A stretch of 64,000 nt of DNA from Capsulimonadaceae bacterium (GCA_965215505.1 OZ244065.1:1792001-1856000); one strand, 5' to 3'. Shown: positions 9,859 through 19,881, counted from the first letter of the stretch. Translations and numbers: made by a program. The notes: a model not told the origin generated them from the sequence alone.

Positions 9859-9910
9859 TCAACCCCAGAGGGGTTTTCACTCAAGAGTAGCCCGGCCCTT
9901 CAGGGCCGGG
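9859..9910 (-). repeat. MITE/REP-like two-hairpin repeat; other copies at 33436-33487, 40259-40309, 40381-40431, 53691-53741
   Basis: Shared consensus CCCGGCCCTGAAGGGCCGGGCTACT..TGAGTGAAA followed by a second short hairpin. Confidence 0.75.
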
Positions 9911-9915
9911 TGTTT

Positions 9916-10707
9916 TCACAGCTTCATCAGGGCGCGCAGGCTCCGGATGTGGGCCGTGTTCACCGATTTGAGGCCGACGGTGCGGCCCAGGTCGACGCCG
10001 CTGTCCACCAGGAAGGTCCGCAGGCTGTGCGTGAAGGGCGGCATCGTGAAGGACTTCGGCTGGGAGAAGTCGGAGCAGATGTTGTCCCCGATCAGCTTCG
10101 TGATGCAGCCTTGCATCTTGAACTCGTAGGTGATATTGGGGCGTACCGGCCCGGCGGAGAATCGGCCCCCGGCGTCTTTCGCGCTCACCTCAGCGTTGCT
10201 GAAGCCGCCGCCCTTGGGTGCCCACATGATGTGGAACTGGTCCACGCCCACCGACGGCTCCGACCAGAAGACGACGATGTGGGCGTCGCCGGTCAGCGTC
10301 GCCGGGGTCGTCTGGAACGAGTTGATGACCGGCGGCAGCGGCTTCGGGTCGCCGATGGGCGGGCCGGGCGCGGCGTGCGTCGTGAAGGAGAGGGCCGCCG
10401 TGCAGAACGTCTCCCAGGGCTTGCCGTCCATCTCGTTGTCCGGAATGCCTGCGGTGGTCGTCCTCGGGCACAGGTGGAAGAAGTATTCGGTGCCCGCCTG
10501 GAGGTCGAACTGGGTGGAGTTGTCGGGGTCGTGGCTGTTGATGTCCACGGTCTGCACGAGCTGCCCCATCTCGCTGCTGGCGCCCGTGGCATAGACCTGG
10601 ACGTTGTCGGGCATCTGCCCGAGGACCTGGAAGATGATCCGCACGGTGGCCGTCGAAACGGTGAGCGGGCCGATCTGGGTGATGCTGACGACATTGATCT
10701 CTGTCAT
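9916..10707 (-). CDS. Hypothetical protein with two fibronectin type III-like modules
   Basis: Fn3-like signatures DLQAGTEYFFHLCP and VRPNITYEFKMQGC; good RBS (GGAG); cotranscribed with 10731-11507. Confidence 0.6.
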   Translation of the reverse strand: MTEINVVSITQIGPLTVSTATVRIIFQVLGQMPDNVQVYATGASSEMGQLVQTVDINSHDPDNSTQFDLQAGTEYFFHLCPRTTTAGIPDNEMDGKPWETFCTAALSFTTHAAPGPPIGDPKPLPPVINSFQTTPATLTGDAHIVVFWSEPSVGVDQFHIMWAPKGGGFSNAEVSAKDAGGRFSAGPVRPNITYEFKMQGCITKLIGDNICSDFSQPKSFTMPPFTHSLRTFLVDSGVDLGRTVGLKSVNTAHIRSLRALMKL

Positions 10708-10730
10708 GGTTCTTCTCCCGTCACTTCCCG

Positions 10731-11507
10731 TTATTGGAGCGCGATGAGGATGGGGACCAGGCCCAGGCCCTCGGGCCAGGGGCGCAGCGCCTTGCCGATA
10801 ACGGACCCGAAGGCCAGCAGCGGGTCCCCGGCCTTCATGGCGTGGCCGGGCGTCGGCGAGGTCGTCAGCAGGTCACCCGCCTCGACCGCCCCATACTGCG
10901 CGTCCACCTTGCAGTAGGCTTTGCCGACCAGGGAGATCGGCTGCCGGTCGTCCCCGGACTCCTGCTTGTCCATGACGATGGCGGGCTTGTAGCTGCCTGC
11001 GCCCGAGACGACTCCGACGACGCCCTTCTCGTAGGCCCGCCGACTGGGCCGGATCTCCCCTTCGGCGTTCAAGGCCATCACCGTCCCCGGCTCGGCGAGG
11101 CCGCTCCGCGCGACCGAGAAGTCTTCGGCAAGGTCGGCGTTCACCAGGGTGATGTCGCCCGTCACCGCGACGTTCCCTTCGAAGAACCCGGCGTTGACCG
11201 GCCCCTTCGCGAACAGGCCCGTTCCGCTCGTGCTGAAGGCTGAAAGTCCGTTGCCTCTGGTGCTGACGGCGCGGACCCCGTCATTGCTGGTGCTGATGCC
11301 GCTGACGCCGGGCTGCGTTTGCGACTGCGCGAAGACGGCCGTGCCGGACGTGCTGAACGAGGAAAGGCCGTTGCCGCTGGTGCTGACGGCGCGGACGCCA
11401 TCGCCCGTGGTGCTGATGCCCGTGGTGCCGACGCCGCCCTGGCCGGAGTTCTGGCCGAAAACGGCGGAAAGTTTAGGGTCGTTCGTCGTGCCGGTGAGGT
11501 TCGTCAT
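10731..11507 (-). CDS. Tail-fibre/beta-helix repeat protein with peptidase G2-like intramolecular chaperone C-terminus
   Basis: 10-residue periodic G-V-x-x-x-S-T-S repeats, then NADLAEDF...PGTV...VVGVVS...LVGKAYCKVD...GDLLTTS...GHAM. ATG 11507 follows a CAGGAG RBS. Confidence 0.65.
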   Translation of the reverse strand: MTNLTGTTNDPKLSAVFGQNSGQGGVGTTGISTTGDGVRAVSTSGNGLSSFSTSGTAVFAQSQTQPGVSGISTSNDGVRAVSTRGNGLSAFSTSGTGLFAKGPVNAGFFEGNVAVTGDITLVNADLAEDFSVARSGLAEPGTVMALNAEGEIRPSRRAYEKGVVGVVSGAGSYKPAIVMDKQESGDDRQPISLVGKAYCKVDAQYGAVEAGDLLTTSPTPGHAMKAGDPLLAFGSVIGKALRPWPEGLGLVPILIALQ

Positions 11508-11533
11508 GGGGGTTCTCCTGGATCGGCCTGCTT

Positions 11534-11613
11534 GGAAGTGCTGCTTGGAAGTGCTGCGGTCGGAAGTGCTGCGGTCGGAAGTGCTGCGGTCGGAAGTGCC
11601 GGGATCGGAAGTG
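11534..11613. repeat. Tandem GGAAGTG-core repeats (6 copies, mostly 15-bp period)
   Basis: GGAAGTG at 11534, 11547, 11562, 11577, 11592, 11607. Confidence 0.9.
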
Positions 11614-11839
11614 CGCTGGGGCCGGGGCAAAGGTGCATCGGTGGGCGAGAGGGTCGTCAACGGCGTGTGTCTCAACGCCCGGCGGCATGGCCCCCTCTCG
11701 CCTGCCCCTATTCTAGCAGAAGCAGGCGAGGGGCGTAATGGCCTAAAAGGCTAGGTTTTGTTGTAAAATAAGTCACAGTCGGTCCGCCGCGCCGGAAAGA
11801 ATAGGCGGGAACCCGCTGCGAAGAAAGGCCCCAACGCCC

Positions 11840-12790
11840 ATGCCCCTGTCACACCGGCCCGCGACCCCGCGGGACATAGACGCCTGCTGGCGGATCGTCC
11901 GGGGCGACCGTTTCTACCCGCCTGCCCTGCACGAGAGCCGGACAGCCTTCTGGCAGCGGATGATAGCCGAGGAGGCTCTGCTGTCCGTCGTGGTGGAGGA
12001 CTCCGAGCGCCCCCCGGAGACGCGCCTGCGCGCCTTCTCGTTCAGTGTGTTCGTCTCGGACGCCTTCGCCGCCGAGGCCAAAACCGCGCTGCCGCCCGGC
12101 CTCGCCGGCCACCTGCACGCGCGGGGGCTAGCCGATGACTCGCCGGTCCTCGGGCACTCCGCGGTCGGCCGCGCCAACGCGCACGGCGGGCTGAATGTCG
12201 TACTGAATCCTTTCGGGTACGCCTGGGACGCCACGGAGGAGGCCGTCCTGGAGGTCACGGAGATGATGTTCGGGTGCCTATTCACCTACCACGCGGGGTA
12301 TCAGATCAAGGAGATACTGCTGGAAAACCATAGCTGGGAGCGGGCCGTGAAGAACATGGCAGCGGGTCTGCGGGTACGCACCGACTATCGGACTCACTTC
12401 GCCGCCCGCCCGGACGCCGCGCCGCCGGGGCAGCCGCCGATCCTGCTCGGACTGACCCGCGAAGAAGCGTTTGAATCGCTCGGCAACCGCTTCTTCCCAT
12501 TGTTCGTCTGCTCCCGACCTTGCTTCGGCTTCCGGCGCAGCGAGCAGCGCCTGCTGGAACACGCCCTGCGCGGCGGCACCAATGAGGAGGTCTCCGTGGC
12601 GCTCGGCGTCTCGCTCTCCGCCGTCAAGAAGTCCTGGGAGGCGGTCTACGCGCGCGTCGCCCAGGCCGCCCCGGAGCTGATCGCCCAGCCTTCGGAATCG
12701 CCGGGGCCGGGCCGGGGCGCGGAGAAGAAGAACCGCCTGCTGACCTACCTGCGCCAGCACCCCGAGGAGCTGCGCCCGTACCATCCGTGA
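11840..12790 (+). CDS. Putative transcriptional regulator (GNAT-like N-terminus, LuxR/sigma4-like C-terminal HTH)
   Basis: N-terminal HRPATPRDI GNAT-like start; C-terminal SEQRLLEHALRGGTNEEVSVALGVSLSAVKKSW HTH. Confidence 0.65.
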   Translation: MPLSHRPATPRDIDACWRIVRGDRFYPPALHESRTAFWQRMIAEEALLSVVVEDSERPPETRLRAFSFSVFVSDAFAAEAKTALPPGLAGHLHARGLADDSPVLGHSAVGRANAHGGLNVVLNPFGYAWDATEEAVLEVTEMMFGCLFTYHAGYQIKEILLENHSWERAVKNMAAGLRVRTDYRTHFAARPDAAPPGQPPILLGLTREEAFESLGNRFFPLFVCSRPCFGFRRSEQRLLEHALRGGTNEEVSVALGVSLSAVKKSWEAVYARVAQAAPELIAQPSESPGPGRGAEKKNRLLTYLRQHPEELRPYHP

Positions 12791-12965
12791 GGGCAGGGGG
12801 GATGAAGAAGCGCTCCTGGCCCTTCCGCATCACCGGCCATTCATGGCCGGGTTTTTCATGCAGGAATCCCCATACTCTGCGCCGAAACTACACGCAAGAC
12901 CATCCTAAAAGCATTCGCACACATAAAAGCGTTTCCATCCAAGCATTCGCACAGGAGCAAACCCC

Positions 12966-14072
12966 TTGGCCCAAGTCACCCTCACACACCTCTACAAGCG
13001 TTTCGACAAAACGACCGCGGTGGACGATCTCTCGCTGGAGATCCGGGACCGCGAGTTCATGGTCCTCGTCGGACCATCCGGCTGCGGCAAGACCACGGCC
13101 CTGCGGATGATCGCCGGACTCGAAGAAGTGTCCGACGGCGACATCCGCATCGGCGAGCGGGTGGTCAACACGGTCTCGCCCAAGGACCGCGACATCGCCA
13201 TGGTCTTCCAGAACTACGCTCTCTACCCGCATATGAGCGTCTACGACAACATGGCCTTCGGCCTGAAGCTGCGGCGCGTTCCCAAATCGGACATCGACAA
13301 GCGCGTCGGCGAGGCGGCGGGGCTATTGGGCATCGAGGCCCTGCTCCAGCGGCGGCCCGGCCAGCTTTCCGGCGGCCAGCGCCAGCGCGTCGCCCTGGGC
13401 CGGGCCATCGTGCGCGAGCCGCAGGTGTTCCTGATGGACGAGCCTTTGTCGAACCTGGACGCCAAGCTGCGGGTGCAGACGCGGGCGGAGTTAATCAAGC
13501 TGCACCGGCGGCTGGGGATCACGACGATCTATGTCACGCACGACCAGGTGGAGGCGATGACGATGGGGGACCGGATCGCGGTCATGTCCGGGGGGCAGTT
13601 GCAGCAGTGCGCGCCACCGATGGAGATCTTCCTGCACCCGGTCAACATGTTCGTCGCCGGCTTCATCGGGACTCCATCCATGAACTTCCTGAAGGCGACT
13701 TTGAAGAAGGACGGCGAGGGGTACATCGTGGACGGCGGCAGTTTCACGGTCGCCGCGCCGCCCGCGCCGGACGGGGCCTTGGCCCCCTACGCCGGGAAGT
13801 CGGTGATCTTCGGCGTCCGCCCCTCGGACATCTTCGACAAGAGCTTGCGGAACCCCGTGGACGCCACGGCGGGGAACACGGTGCGGACGGCCGTAGACGT
13901 GTCCGAGCCTATGGGCGACATCATCACCCTGTACCTGACCTGCGGCCCGCACTCCCTGGTGGCGACGATTGACGCCGAGACGGGCGCGAAGGACGGGCAG
14001 GCTTTAGACGTGGTGTTGGACCTGGCGAAGACGCACCTGTTCGACCCGGAGACGGAGAAGGCGATCTGCTAG
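12966..14072 (+). CDS. Sugar ABC transporter ATP-binding protein (MalK/MsmX/UgpC family)
   Basis: GPSGCGKT, VFQNYALYPHM, LSGGQRQ, LMDEPLSNLDAKLR, TOBE-like tail. Confidence 0.95.
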   Translation: MAQVTLTHLYKRFDKTTAVDDLSLEIRDREFMVLVGPSGCGKTTALRMIAGLEEVSDGDIRIGERVVNTVSPKDRDIAMVFQNYALYPHMSVYDNMAFGLKLRRVPKSDIDKRVGEAAGLLGIEALLQRRPGQLSGGQRQRVALGRAIVREPQVFLMDEPLSNLDAKLRVQTRAELIKLHRRLGITTIYVTHDQVEAMTMGDRIAVMSGGQLQQCAPPMEIFLHPVNMFVAGFIGTPSMNFLKATLKKDGEGYIVDGGSFTVAAPPAPDGALAPYAGKSVIFGVRPSDIFDKSLRNPVDATAGNTVRTAVDVSEPMGDIITLYLTCGPHSLVATIDAETGAKDGQALDVVLDLAKTHLFDPETEKAIC

Positions 14073-14112
14073 GCAGAGCCGGCACCAAGACAACACAAGG
14101 AGACACGACTCG

Positions 14113-14832
14113 ATGACCGTTTCGCTGAACAGCCGGATCTGCGCTGGGGGCGCATCGCTGCTGGCACTGGCCGCCCTGGGCGGCGGCGTGGCCCGCGCGC
14201 AGGCACCCGGCGACCCGCCGCCGCCCGCCGCGACTACGCCCGTCACGCCGCCCGCGACCGATACGACGCCGACCGCCCCGCCCGCCCCGGCGACGCCGCC
14301 GGCGACCACGCCGCCCCCGGCGAGTACGACGGGCGGGAACGACCCGGCCTCGTCCACGCCCAGGAAGCGCGCCCGGTTCCGCATCGGGCCGGAAGTGGGC
14401 GTTTATTTGCCGACTTCCTCCAAGGCACGGGACCAGTTCGGCAGCAGTTGGCTGACCATCGGGCTTGGCATCGGCAGCATCGGGCGGGTCCGCAAGGAGG
14501 GGCAGACCTCCTTCGATTTGCAGGTGCTGTATCAGTCCCGCAGCGGCAACCACGCCTTCCTTGCCCCGGTCGGGGTCGGCTACCGCGTGGCACTCAGCCA
14601 GAGCGGCGGGGCGACGACCTATGCCGGCGCGACGGCCGACGTCTACTTCGCGGACATCCGCTCGGGCGACTACGACGTGCATTCAGGGGTACGAACCGGC
14701 TTCGGCGGCAGCCCGCTGATCGGCGTCACTTTCGGTGACAGCGGGTTTCTGGAGGCGCGCTATTTGATCGTCTCCAAGATCAGGGGCTTTGACCTGAGCG
14801 GCCTGAACCTGACGGCGGGGTATCGGTTCTGA
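14113..14832 (+). CDS. Outer-membrane beta-barrel protein with Pro/Thr-rich N-terminal linker
   Basis: Signal peptide, alternating beta strands, C-terminal LTAGYRF beta-signal. Confidence 0.75.
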   Translation: MTVSLNSRICAGGASLLALAALGGGVARAQAPGDPPPPAATTPVTPPATDTTPTAPPAPATPPATTPPPASTTGGNDPASSTPRKRARFRIGPEVGVYLPTSSKARDQFGSSWLTIGLGIGSIGRVRKEGQTSFDLQVLYQSRSGNHAFLAPVGVGYRVALSQSGGATTYAGATADVYFADIRSGDYDVHSGVRTGFGGSPLIGVTFGDSGFLEARYLIVSKIRGFDLSGLNLTAGYRF

Positions 14833-14986
14833 AATTCTGCCGATCCTCTCCCGGCACGCGAGCGTGCCACCCTCCCCTCGGAGGGAAGGGGTTCCGATGA
14901 ACGGGAGGGGAAGCAACTTTTCCGCCCGCTCCGTGTCTCACCTTTTAGAGCCTGCTTTTCCCACCCGGCTCCCAAGGAGACACACG

Positions 14987-16498
14987 ATGAACGGCACGAT
15001 GAACGGCACGATGAACAGAATGGCGACACGCACCGCACTGGCCCTGGCAGCGGCGGGCCTCCTCTGCCTGCCCTTGACCGCCCAGGCGAAGCCGCCCAAG
15101 GCCCCCGCGAAGCCCAAGGCTCCTGCCAAAGGGGCCCCCACCGTGGCCGGCGACTGGAGCGGGACCCTGGACGCTGGCGGGACGAAGCTCCGGTTGGTCG
15201 TACACTTCACCTCTCGGCTCGGCGGCGGGCTGGCGGGGACTCTAGACAGCCTGGACCAGGGCGCGAACGGCATCCCGTTCAGCCTGGTCCGGCAGACAGG
15301 CTCCAAGGTCCACGCCGAGGCGTCAGGCATCAAGGCCGTCTATGACGGGACCCTGAACCCGGCGGGCAAGACGATCACCGGGCAGTGGAGTCAGAGCCTG
15401 CCGCTGCCCCTGACCTTGACCCGGATGACGGCGGCGACGCGCGCCGCGCTGCTGCATAACGACCGGCCCCAGGAGCCGACAGCGCCCTACCCCTATGCCG
15501 CCTCGGATGTCACGTTCCCCGGCGGCGCGGCGGGCGTGACTCTGGCCGGGACGCTGACCGTGCCGCCGGGCGACGGGCCGTTCCCCGCCGTCGTTTTGAT
15601 CGCAGGTTCGGGGCCGAACGACCGGGACGAGACGATCCTGCGGCACAAGATCTTCCTGGTTCTGGCCGACAGCCTGACCCGGCGCGGCGTCGCCGTCCTG
15701 CGCTATGACAAGCGCGGCATCGGGAAGTCCACGGGGAGCTATGCCCTCGCCACGAGCCGGGATTTCGCCGACGACGCCCAGGCGGCCTTTACCTATCTGA
15801 GAGCGCAGCCGCACGTCAATGCCGCCAAGGTCGGCCTGATCGGGCACAGCGAGGGCGGCCTGATCGCGCCGCTGGTGGCCGCCCAGTCACCCTCAGTCGC
15901 GTTCCTGGTCCTGCTGGCCGGGACGGGGGTTTCGGGCGAGCGGATTTTGACCGAGCAGGCCGCTCTGATCGGCCACGCCGAGGGCGCGAGCGACACGGAT
16001 GTGGCGCAGGGCCAGGCCCTGGAAAAGAAGGTGCTGCGGGTGGCGGCGACCGAGACGAACCCGGCCGCCGCCAGGGCGCGGATCGCGGCGCTGATGCATC
16101 AGTCGCTGGCCGCCCTGACGCCCGCCCAGAAGAAGAAGATTGGAGACACCGGTTCGCTGATCCGGGTGCAGAGCGCCACGCTGGTTTCGCCCTGGTTCCG
16201 CTATTTCCTGACCTACGACCCCGCGCCGACTTTGAAGCAGGTGCATTGCCCGGTCCTGGCCCTGGACGGGTCGCTCGATTTGCAGGTGCCGCCGGTCGAG
16301 AACCTGGCGGCCATCGGCGCGGCCCTGAAGGCGGGCGGCAACGCCGACGTCACGACAACGGAGCTGCCGGGCCTGAACCACCTGTTCCAGACCGCCAAGA
16401 CCGGGGCACCGTCGGAGTACGGCACCATCGAGGAGACGATGGCCCCCGCCCTGCTGTCGGCGGTCGGGGACTGGGTGGGAAAGACGTCCCGGCCGTAA
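14987..16498 (+). CDS. Secreted alpha/beta hydrolase (S9/S15-like)
   Basis: AAGGAG RBS, signal peptide, GSGPNDRDE, YDKRG, GHSEGG, DLQV, LNHLFQ. Confidence 0.88.
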   Translation: MNGTMNGTMNRMATRTALALAAAGLLCLPLTAQAKPPKAPAKPKAPAKGAPTVAGDWSGTLDAGGTKLRLVVHFTSRLGGGLAGTLDSLDQGANGIPFSLVRQTGSKVHAEASGIKAVYDGTLNPAGKTITGQWSQSLPLPLTLTRMTAATRAALLHNDRPQEPTAPYPYAASDVTFPGGAAGVTLAGTLTVPPGDGPFPAVVLIAGSGPNDRDETILRHKIFLVLADSLTRRGVAVLRYDKRGIGKSTGSYALATSRDFADDAQAAFTYLRAQPHVNAAKVGLIGHSEGGLIAPLVAAQSPSVAFLVLLAGTGVSGERILTEQAALIGHAEGASDTDVAQGQALEKKVLRVAATETNPAAARARIAALMHQSLAALTPAQKKKIGDTGSLIRVQSATLVSPWFRYFLTYDPAPTLKQVHCPVLALDGSLDLQVPPVENLAAIGAALKAGGNADVTTTELPGLNHLFQTAKTGAPSEYGTIEETMAPALLSAVGDWVGKTSRP

Positions 16499-16545
16499 GC
16501 CCCGGCCCTCGGCATCGCCGGCTAACAAATCCTAGGAAGAACCAC

Positions 16546-17358
16546 ATGCCCCTCGTTTTTGCCTGCATCGCGCCGCACGGCGGCCACCTCCTGCTCCCAC
16601 TGGATGCGCCCGGCCCGGTGCCCGAAGGCCGCCGGGCGATGGCGGCCCTGCACGAGACGTTCCGGGCGGCGAGGCCCGACTGCGTCGCCGTCCTGACTCC
16701 GCACGGGGTCGGGGTGCGCGGCGCGGTGTCACTTGGCGTCACGCCGACCGGCTACGGGGAGCTGGAAGGGGAAGGGGGCGCGGACAGCATCGCCGTCAGC
16801 GTCCAGACCGACCTGGACCTGGCCGCCGCCTGGGCGTACCGGGCGACCGAGCGGGGTGTGCCGGTCGCGCCGCTGTCGGCGCGCGAGGTGGGGGAAGCCC
16901 TACCGCTGGATTGGGGGGTGACGATCCCGCTGGCCCTGCTGGCGCCCGGCGCGGAGACCCTACCGACCGTGGTCTCCTGCCCCGCCCGCGACGTTTCGCG
17001 AGCGCACCTAGTGGACTGGGGGGAAACGCTGGTGGAAGCCGCCGACGCTCTAGGCCGCCGGGTCGCGCTGGTCGTCAGCGCCGATCAGGGGCACGGACAC
17101 GCCGTCGACGGGCCTTACGGGTACACACCGGCCTCGGCGGAGTACGACGCCGCCATGCGGGCCGCCGTCGAAGCGGACGACCTGGGACGCCTGCTGGACT
17201 GGCCGGAAGACTATGCCAAGACGGCCCTGGCGGACTCGTACTGGCAGACGCTAGCCCTGGTCGGGGCGGCGAAGCACGTCCCGCTGCGCGCGCAGTTTTT
17301 GTCCTACGAGGTGGACCACTACTTCGGGCTGCTCTGCGCGGGGTTCGAGGTGGGGTGA
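16546..17358 (+). CDS. LigB/MEMO-like extradiol dioxygenase fold protein
   Basis: IAPHG, LTPHG, LDWGVTIPL, SADQGH, SYE..YFG. Confidence 0.75.
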   Translation: MPLVFACIAPHGGHLLLPLDAPGPVPEGRRAMAALHETFRAARPDCVAVLTPHGVGVRGAVSLGVTPTGYGELEGEGGADSIAVSVQTDLDLAAAWAYRATERGVPVAPLSAREVGEALPLDWGVTIPLALLAPGAETLPTVVSCPARDVSRAHLVDWGETLVEAADALGRRVALVVSADQGHGHAVDGPYGYTPASAEYDAAMRAAVEADDLGRLLDWPEDYAKTALADSYWQTLALVGAAKHVPLRAQFLSYEVDHYFGLLCAGFEVG

Positions 17359-17390
17359 GCGGCCTCCAGGCCGCAGACTGAGGAGGCGTC

Positions 17391-17840
17391 ATGCGAAGTA
17401 CGTTTCTTGTCCCTCTGCTGTTCCCCTGTGCGCTGGCCCTCGCAGGGTGCGGCGGGGGTGACGGGTCGGACACGAACAGGGGCGGCCCGTTGCTTGGCTT
17501 TGCCCCCATCGGTATGCTGGGGGCAAGCAACATCGCGCTCCAGGTGACGGCGGCCGGCGGATCGGTGACGCTGCCCTGCGGCGACACGGGGCAGATCACG
17601 CAGCCACTCACCCTCGACGCGACCGGACATTTCGACGTGACGGGGACTCTGACGGAGGGCGGGGGTCCTCCTCTGATGACCCCAATCAGCCCGATCCCCG
17701 CGCGCTTTACCGGCACGACGGACGGCAAGACGATGACGCTGACGGTCACGCCCGCTCCACTCGGGGCACCCACAGGGGGTCCATACACGCTGACCTACGG
17801 CGCTCCGATGACCACCAACATCGGTGGGTGTCCCGGTTAG
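17391..17840 (+). CDS. Hypothetical lipoprotein
   Basis: GAGGAGG RBS; LAGC lipobox. Confidence 0.7.
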   Translation: MRSTFLVPLLFPCALALAGCGGGDGSDTNRGGPLLGFAPIGMLGASNIALQVTAAGGSVTLPCGDTGQITQPLTLDATGHFDVTGTLTEGGGPPLMTPISPIPARFTGTTDGKTMTLTVTPAPLGAPTGGPYTLTYGAPMTTNIGGCPG

Positions 17841-17863
17841 CCGCCCGCCCCGCTCTCCCGCCG

Positions 17864-19552
17864 TCACGGCTTCCCCTCCGTCACCGTGATATATTTATCC
17901 ACGGCGGGGACCTTCACCGTCTGCATCAGGCCGCTGGGCCAGCGGATGGAGAGGCCATCCATGACCGTCGCCGCGCCCAGGCCGAAGTGGACGCGCTTGT
18001 CCGAGGCGGACAGGTAGGAACCGTCCGTGTGGCACAGGCGGAGCAGCTTATGGCCCCCGACCGTGGCGGTCACGAGGGCACCGATGCCGTCCCGGTTGCT
18101 CTGGGTGCCGATCAGGCGGACGCCGAGCCAGTGGCCCGCACTGGGAACTTCGTTGTGGAGCAGGAGCGGCTTGCCCTCGCTGTCCACGACCAGGATGTCC
18201 TGCTTCCCGTCGTTGTCGTAGTCGCCGACGGCAAGCCCGCGCCCGACGAGGGGCTGGGCGAAGGCCGGCCCACCCTGCGCCGAAACATCGTCGAAGGTGA
18301 GCGGGGTCGCTCCGGAGTTGTGGAAGAGCTGCAAGGGCTGCTTGTAGGTCGTCGAGCTGTCGATGGCGGCGATGTTGTCCTGGACGTGGCCGTTGGCGAT
18401 GACCACGTCTAGATGGCCGTCGTTGTCGTAGTCGAACAGCTTACAGCCGAAGGCGACGTGCGGGATGGTGGTCGCGGCCAGCCCGGTCCGGTAGGTGACG
18501 TCGGTGAACTGCCCCGCCCCGTCATTGTGGTACAGAGACTTGGCTTCCCCTTGGAAGGTGGCGACGAACAGGTCCAGCCGCCCCTCGCCCGAATAGTCCC
18601 CCCAGTCCGTCCCCATGCCGCCGTGAATCTGGCCGTCCCGGTCAAAGGCCGTGCCCGCCTCCGTCCCGATGTTTGTGTAGTGGGCGGCGTTCTTGGTGTC
18701 CGGGCGCAGCAGGTCCCCGGCCATCTCGTCGTTCGAGATCGCGAGGCTCGGAGCTTCGCCCGGCTCCAACGGTGCCCAGGCGACCCCCAGCCCGCGCCCA
18801 TTCGTGGCGGGGATGCCGGCGGCCTTGCTGACGTCGGCGAAGCGCCCGCCGCCGAGGTTTCGGTAGAGGACTCCTTTGAGCGGTGTGTAGTAGCGCGGGC
18901 CGCATGAGGTCTGGACGCCGTGCGAGGGGCAGAGCTGCTGGGAGGACGGGCCGAAGACGGCGTAGTTCGCGACGAACAGGTCCAGCCGGCCCGAGCCGGG
19001 GACGCTCTGCGCCCAGGCCGCCGAGGTGCCCCAGGGCTGCATCTTCAGCCCCGCCGCCATCGTGACATCTTGGAATCGCTTGCCGCCCTCGTTGTGGAGC
19101 AGCAGGCCGGCCCGGTAGCCGCTGATGTAAATGTCGTCATACCCGTCGCCGTCGTAGTCGCCGACCGCACAGCCCAAAAAATGGCCCCTCAGAGTGTCCA
19201 GCCCCATAGCATGGGACACGTCGGCGAAGTGCCCCTTACCGTCCCCTTTGAAGAGCGCGACGTGGTCTGTGCCGACCAGCAGGACCGACAGGTTCCCCGA
19301 GTTGTCGTAGTCCAGGAACGCGCACCCGTTGCCGATAGTCTGGAGGATATTCAGGGGGCGCGTCCCCGGCACCGTCCATTGGTAGCGCAGCCCGGCCTTG
19401 TCTGCCACGTCGGCGAAGAGCAGCGGCCCGGCGGGGGCAGACGCTACAAGCGTCGGCGACGGAGGGACTGCGTCATGGCGGCAGCCGGCCAGCGAGGCGG
19501 CAAGGATAGCGGCGGGCAGCAGGAGGAACGCGCGGCGTGGGGGAGACTTCAT
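17864..19552 (-). CDS. CRTAC1 family FG-GAP repeat / ASPIC-UnbV lipoprotein
   Basis: LAGC lipobox, repeated D(Y)DNDG.LD motifs, SNRDGIGA.V, SYLS....VHFGLG, IRWPSG. Confidence 0.9.
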   Translation of the reverse strand: MKSPPRRAFLLLPAAILAASLAGCRHDAVPPSPTLVASAPAGPLLFADVADKAGLRYQWTVPGTRPLNILQTIGNGCAFLDYDNSGNLSVLLVGTDHVALFKGDGKGHFADVSHAMGLDTLRGHFLGCAVGDYDGDGYDDIYISGYRAGLLLHNEGGKRFQDVTMAAGLKMQPWGTSAAWAQSVPGSGRLDLFVANYAVFGPSSQQLCPSHGVQTSCGPRYYTPLKGVLYRNLGGGRFADVSKAAGIPATNGRGLGVAWAPLEPGEAPSLAISNDEMAGDLLRPDTKNAAHYTNIGTEAGTAFDRDGQIHGGMGTDWGDYSGEGRLDLFVATFQGEAKSLYHNDGAGQFTDVTYRTGLAATTIPHVAFGCKLFDYDNDGHLDVVIANGHVQDNIAAIDSSTTYKQPLQLFHNSGATPLTFDDVSAQGGPAFAQPLVGRGLAVGDYDNDGKQDILVVDSEGKPLLLHNEVPSAGHWLGVRLIGTQSNRDGIGALVTATVGGHKLLRLCHTDGSYLSASDKRVHFGLGAATVMDGLSIRWPSGLMQTVKVPAVDKYITVTEGKP

Positions 19553-19611
19553 CGTGCCTTCATTATAGGCGGGCGGCGGCGGGTTGTCAAGCGGGGGCAG
19601 GCGGAAGCGCC

Positions 19612-19878
19612 TCACGGGGCAAGTGCCTCCCGTAAGGCGTTGGACAAGGCGTTGTGCCGCCGGGCCGTACCCAGAGGGTCATGCAAGAGCAGGCGCACCG
19701 TATCATCCCAATGGGGTGGCCCGCACCCGCACGGCGGCGATGTCGGCCTGATCCTGATCGGCGAGGATCGCCCGTGTCCGCGCCGATGCGGCGGCCAGAA
19801 GCGCCGCCCCCCTCGCTCGGGAGAAGGGGCGGCGCTCGGGGTCGGCTTCCGGGGGGCCGGTGTCCGGGGAGAAGGCAT
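19612..19878 (-). pseudogene. Internally deleted remnant of the TPR gene paralogous to 20867-22540
   Basis: First ~90 bp near-identical to the TPR gene start (with a 1-bp deletion); last ~95 bp encode the homologous C-terminus (..ALREALAP vs ..AVQKALAP). Confidence 0.8.
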
Positions 19879-19881
19879 GGC

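Noticed and set aside
11534-11613. CRISPR array
   Set aside because: Units are only 13-15 bp with no unique spacers and no cas genes.
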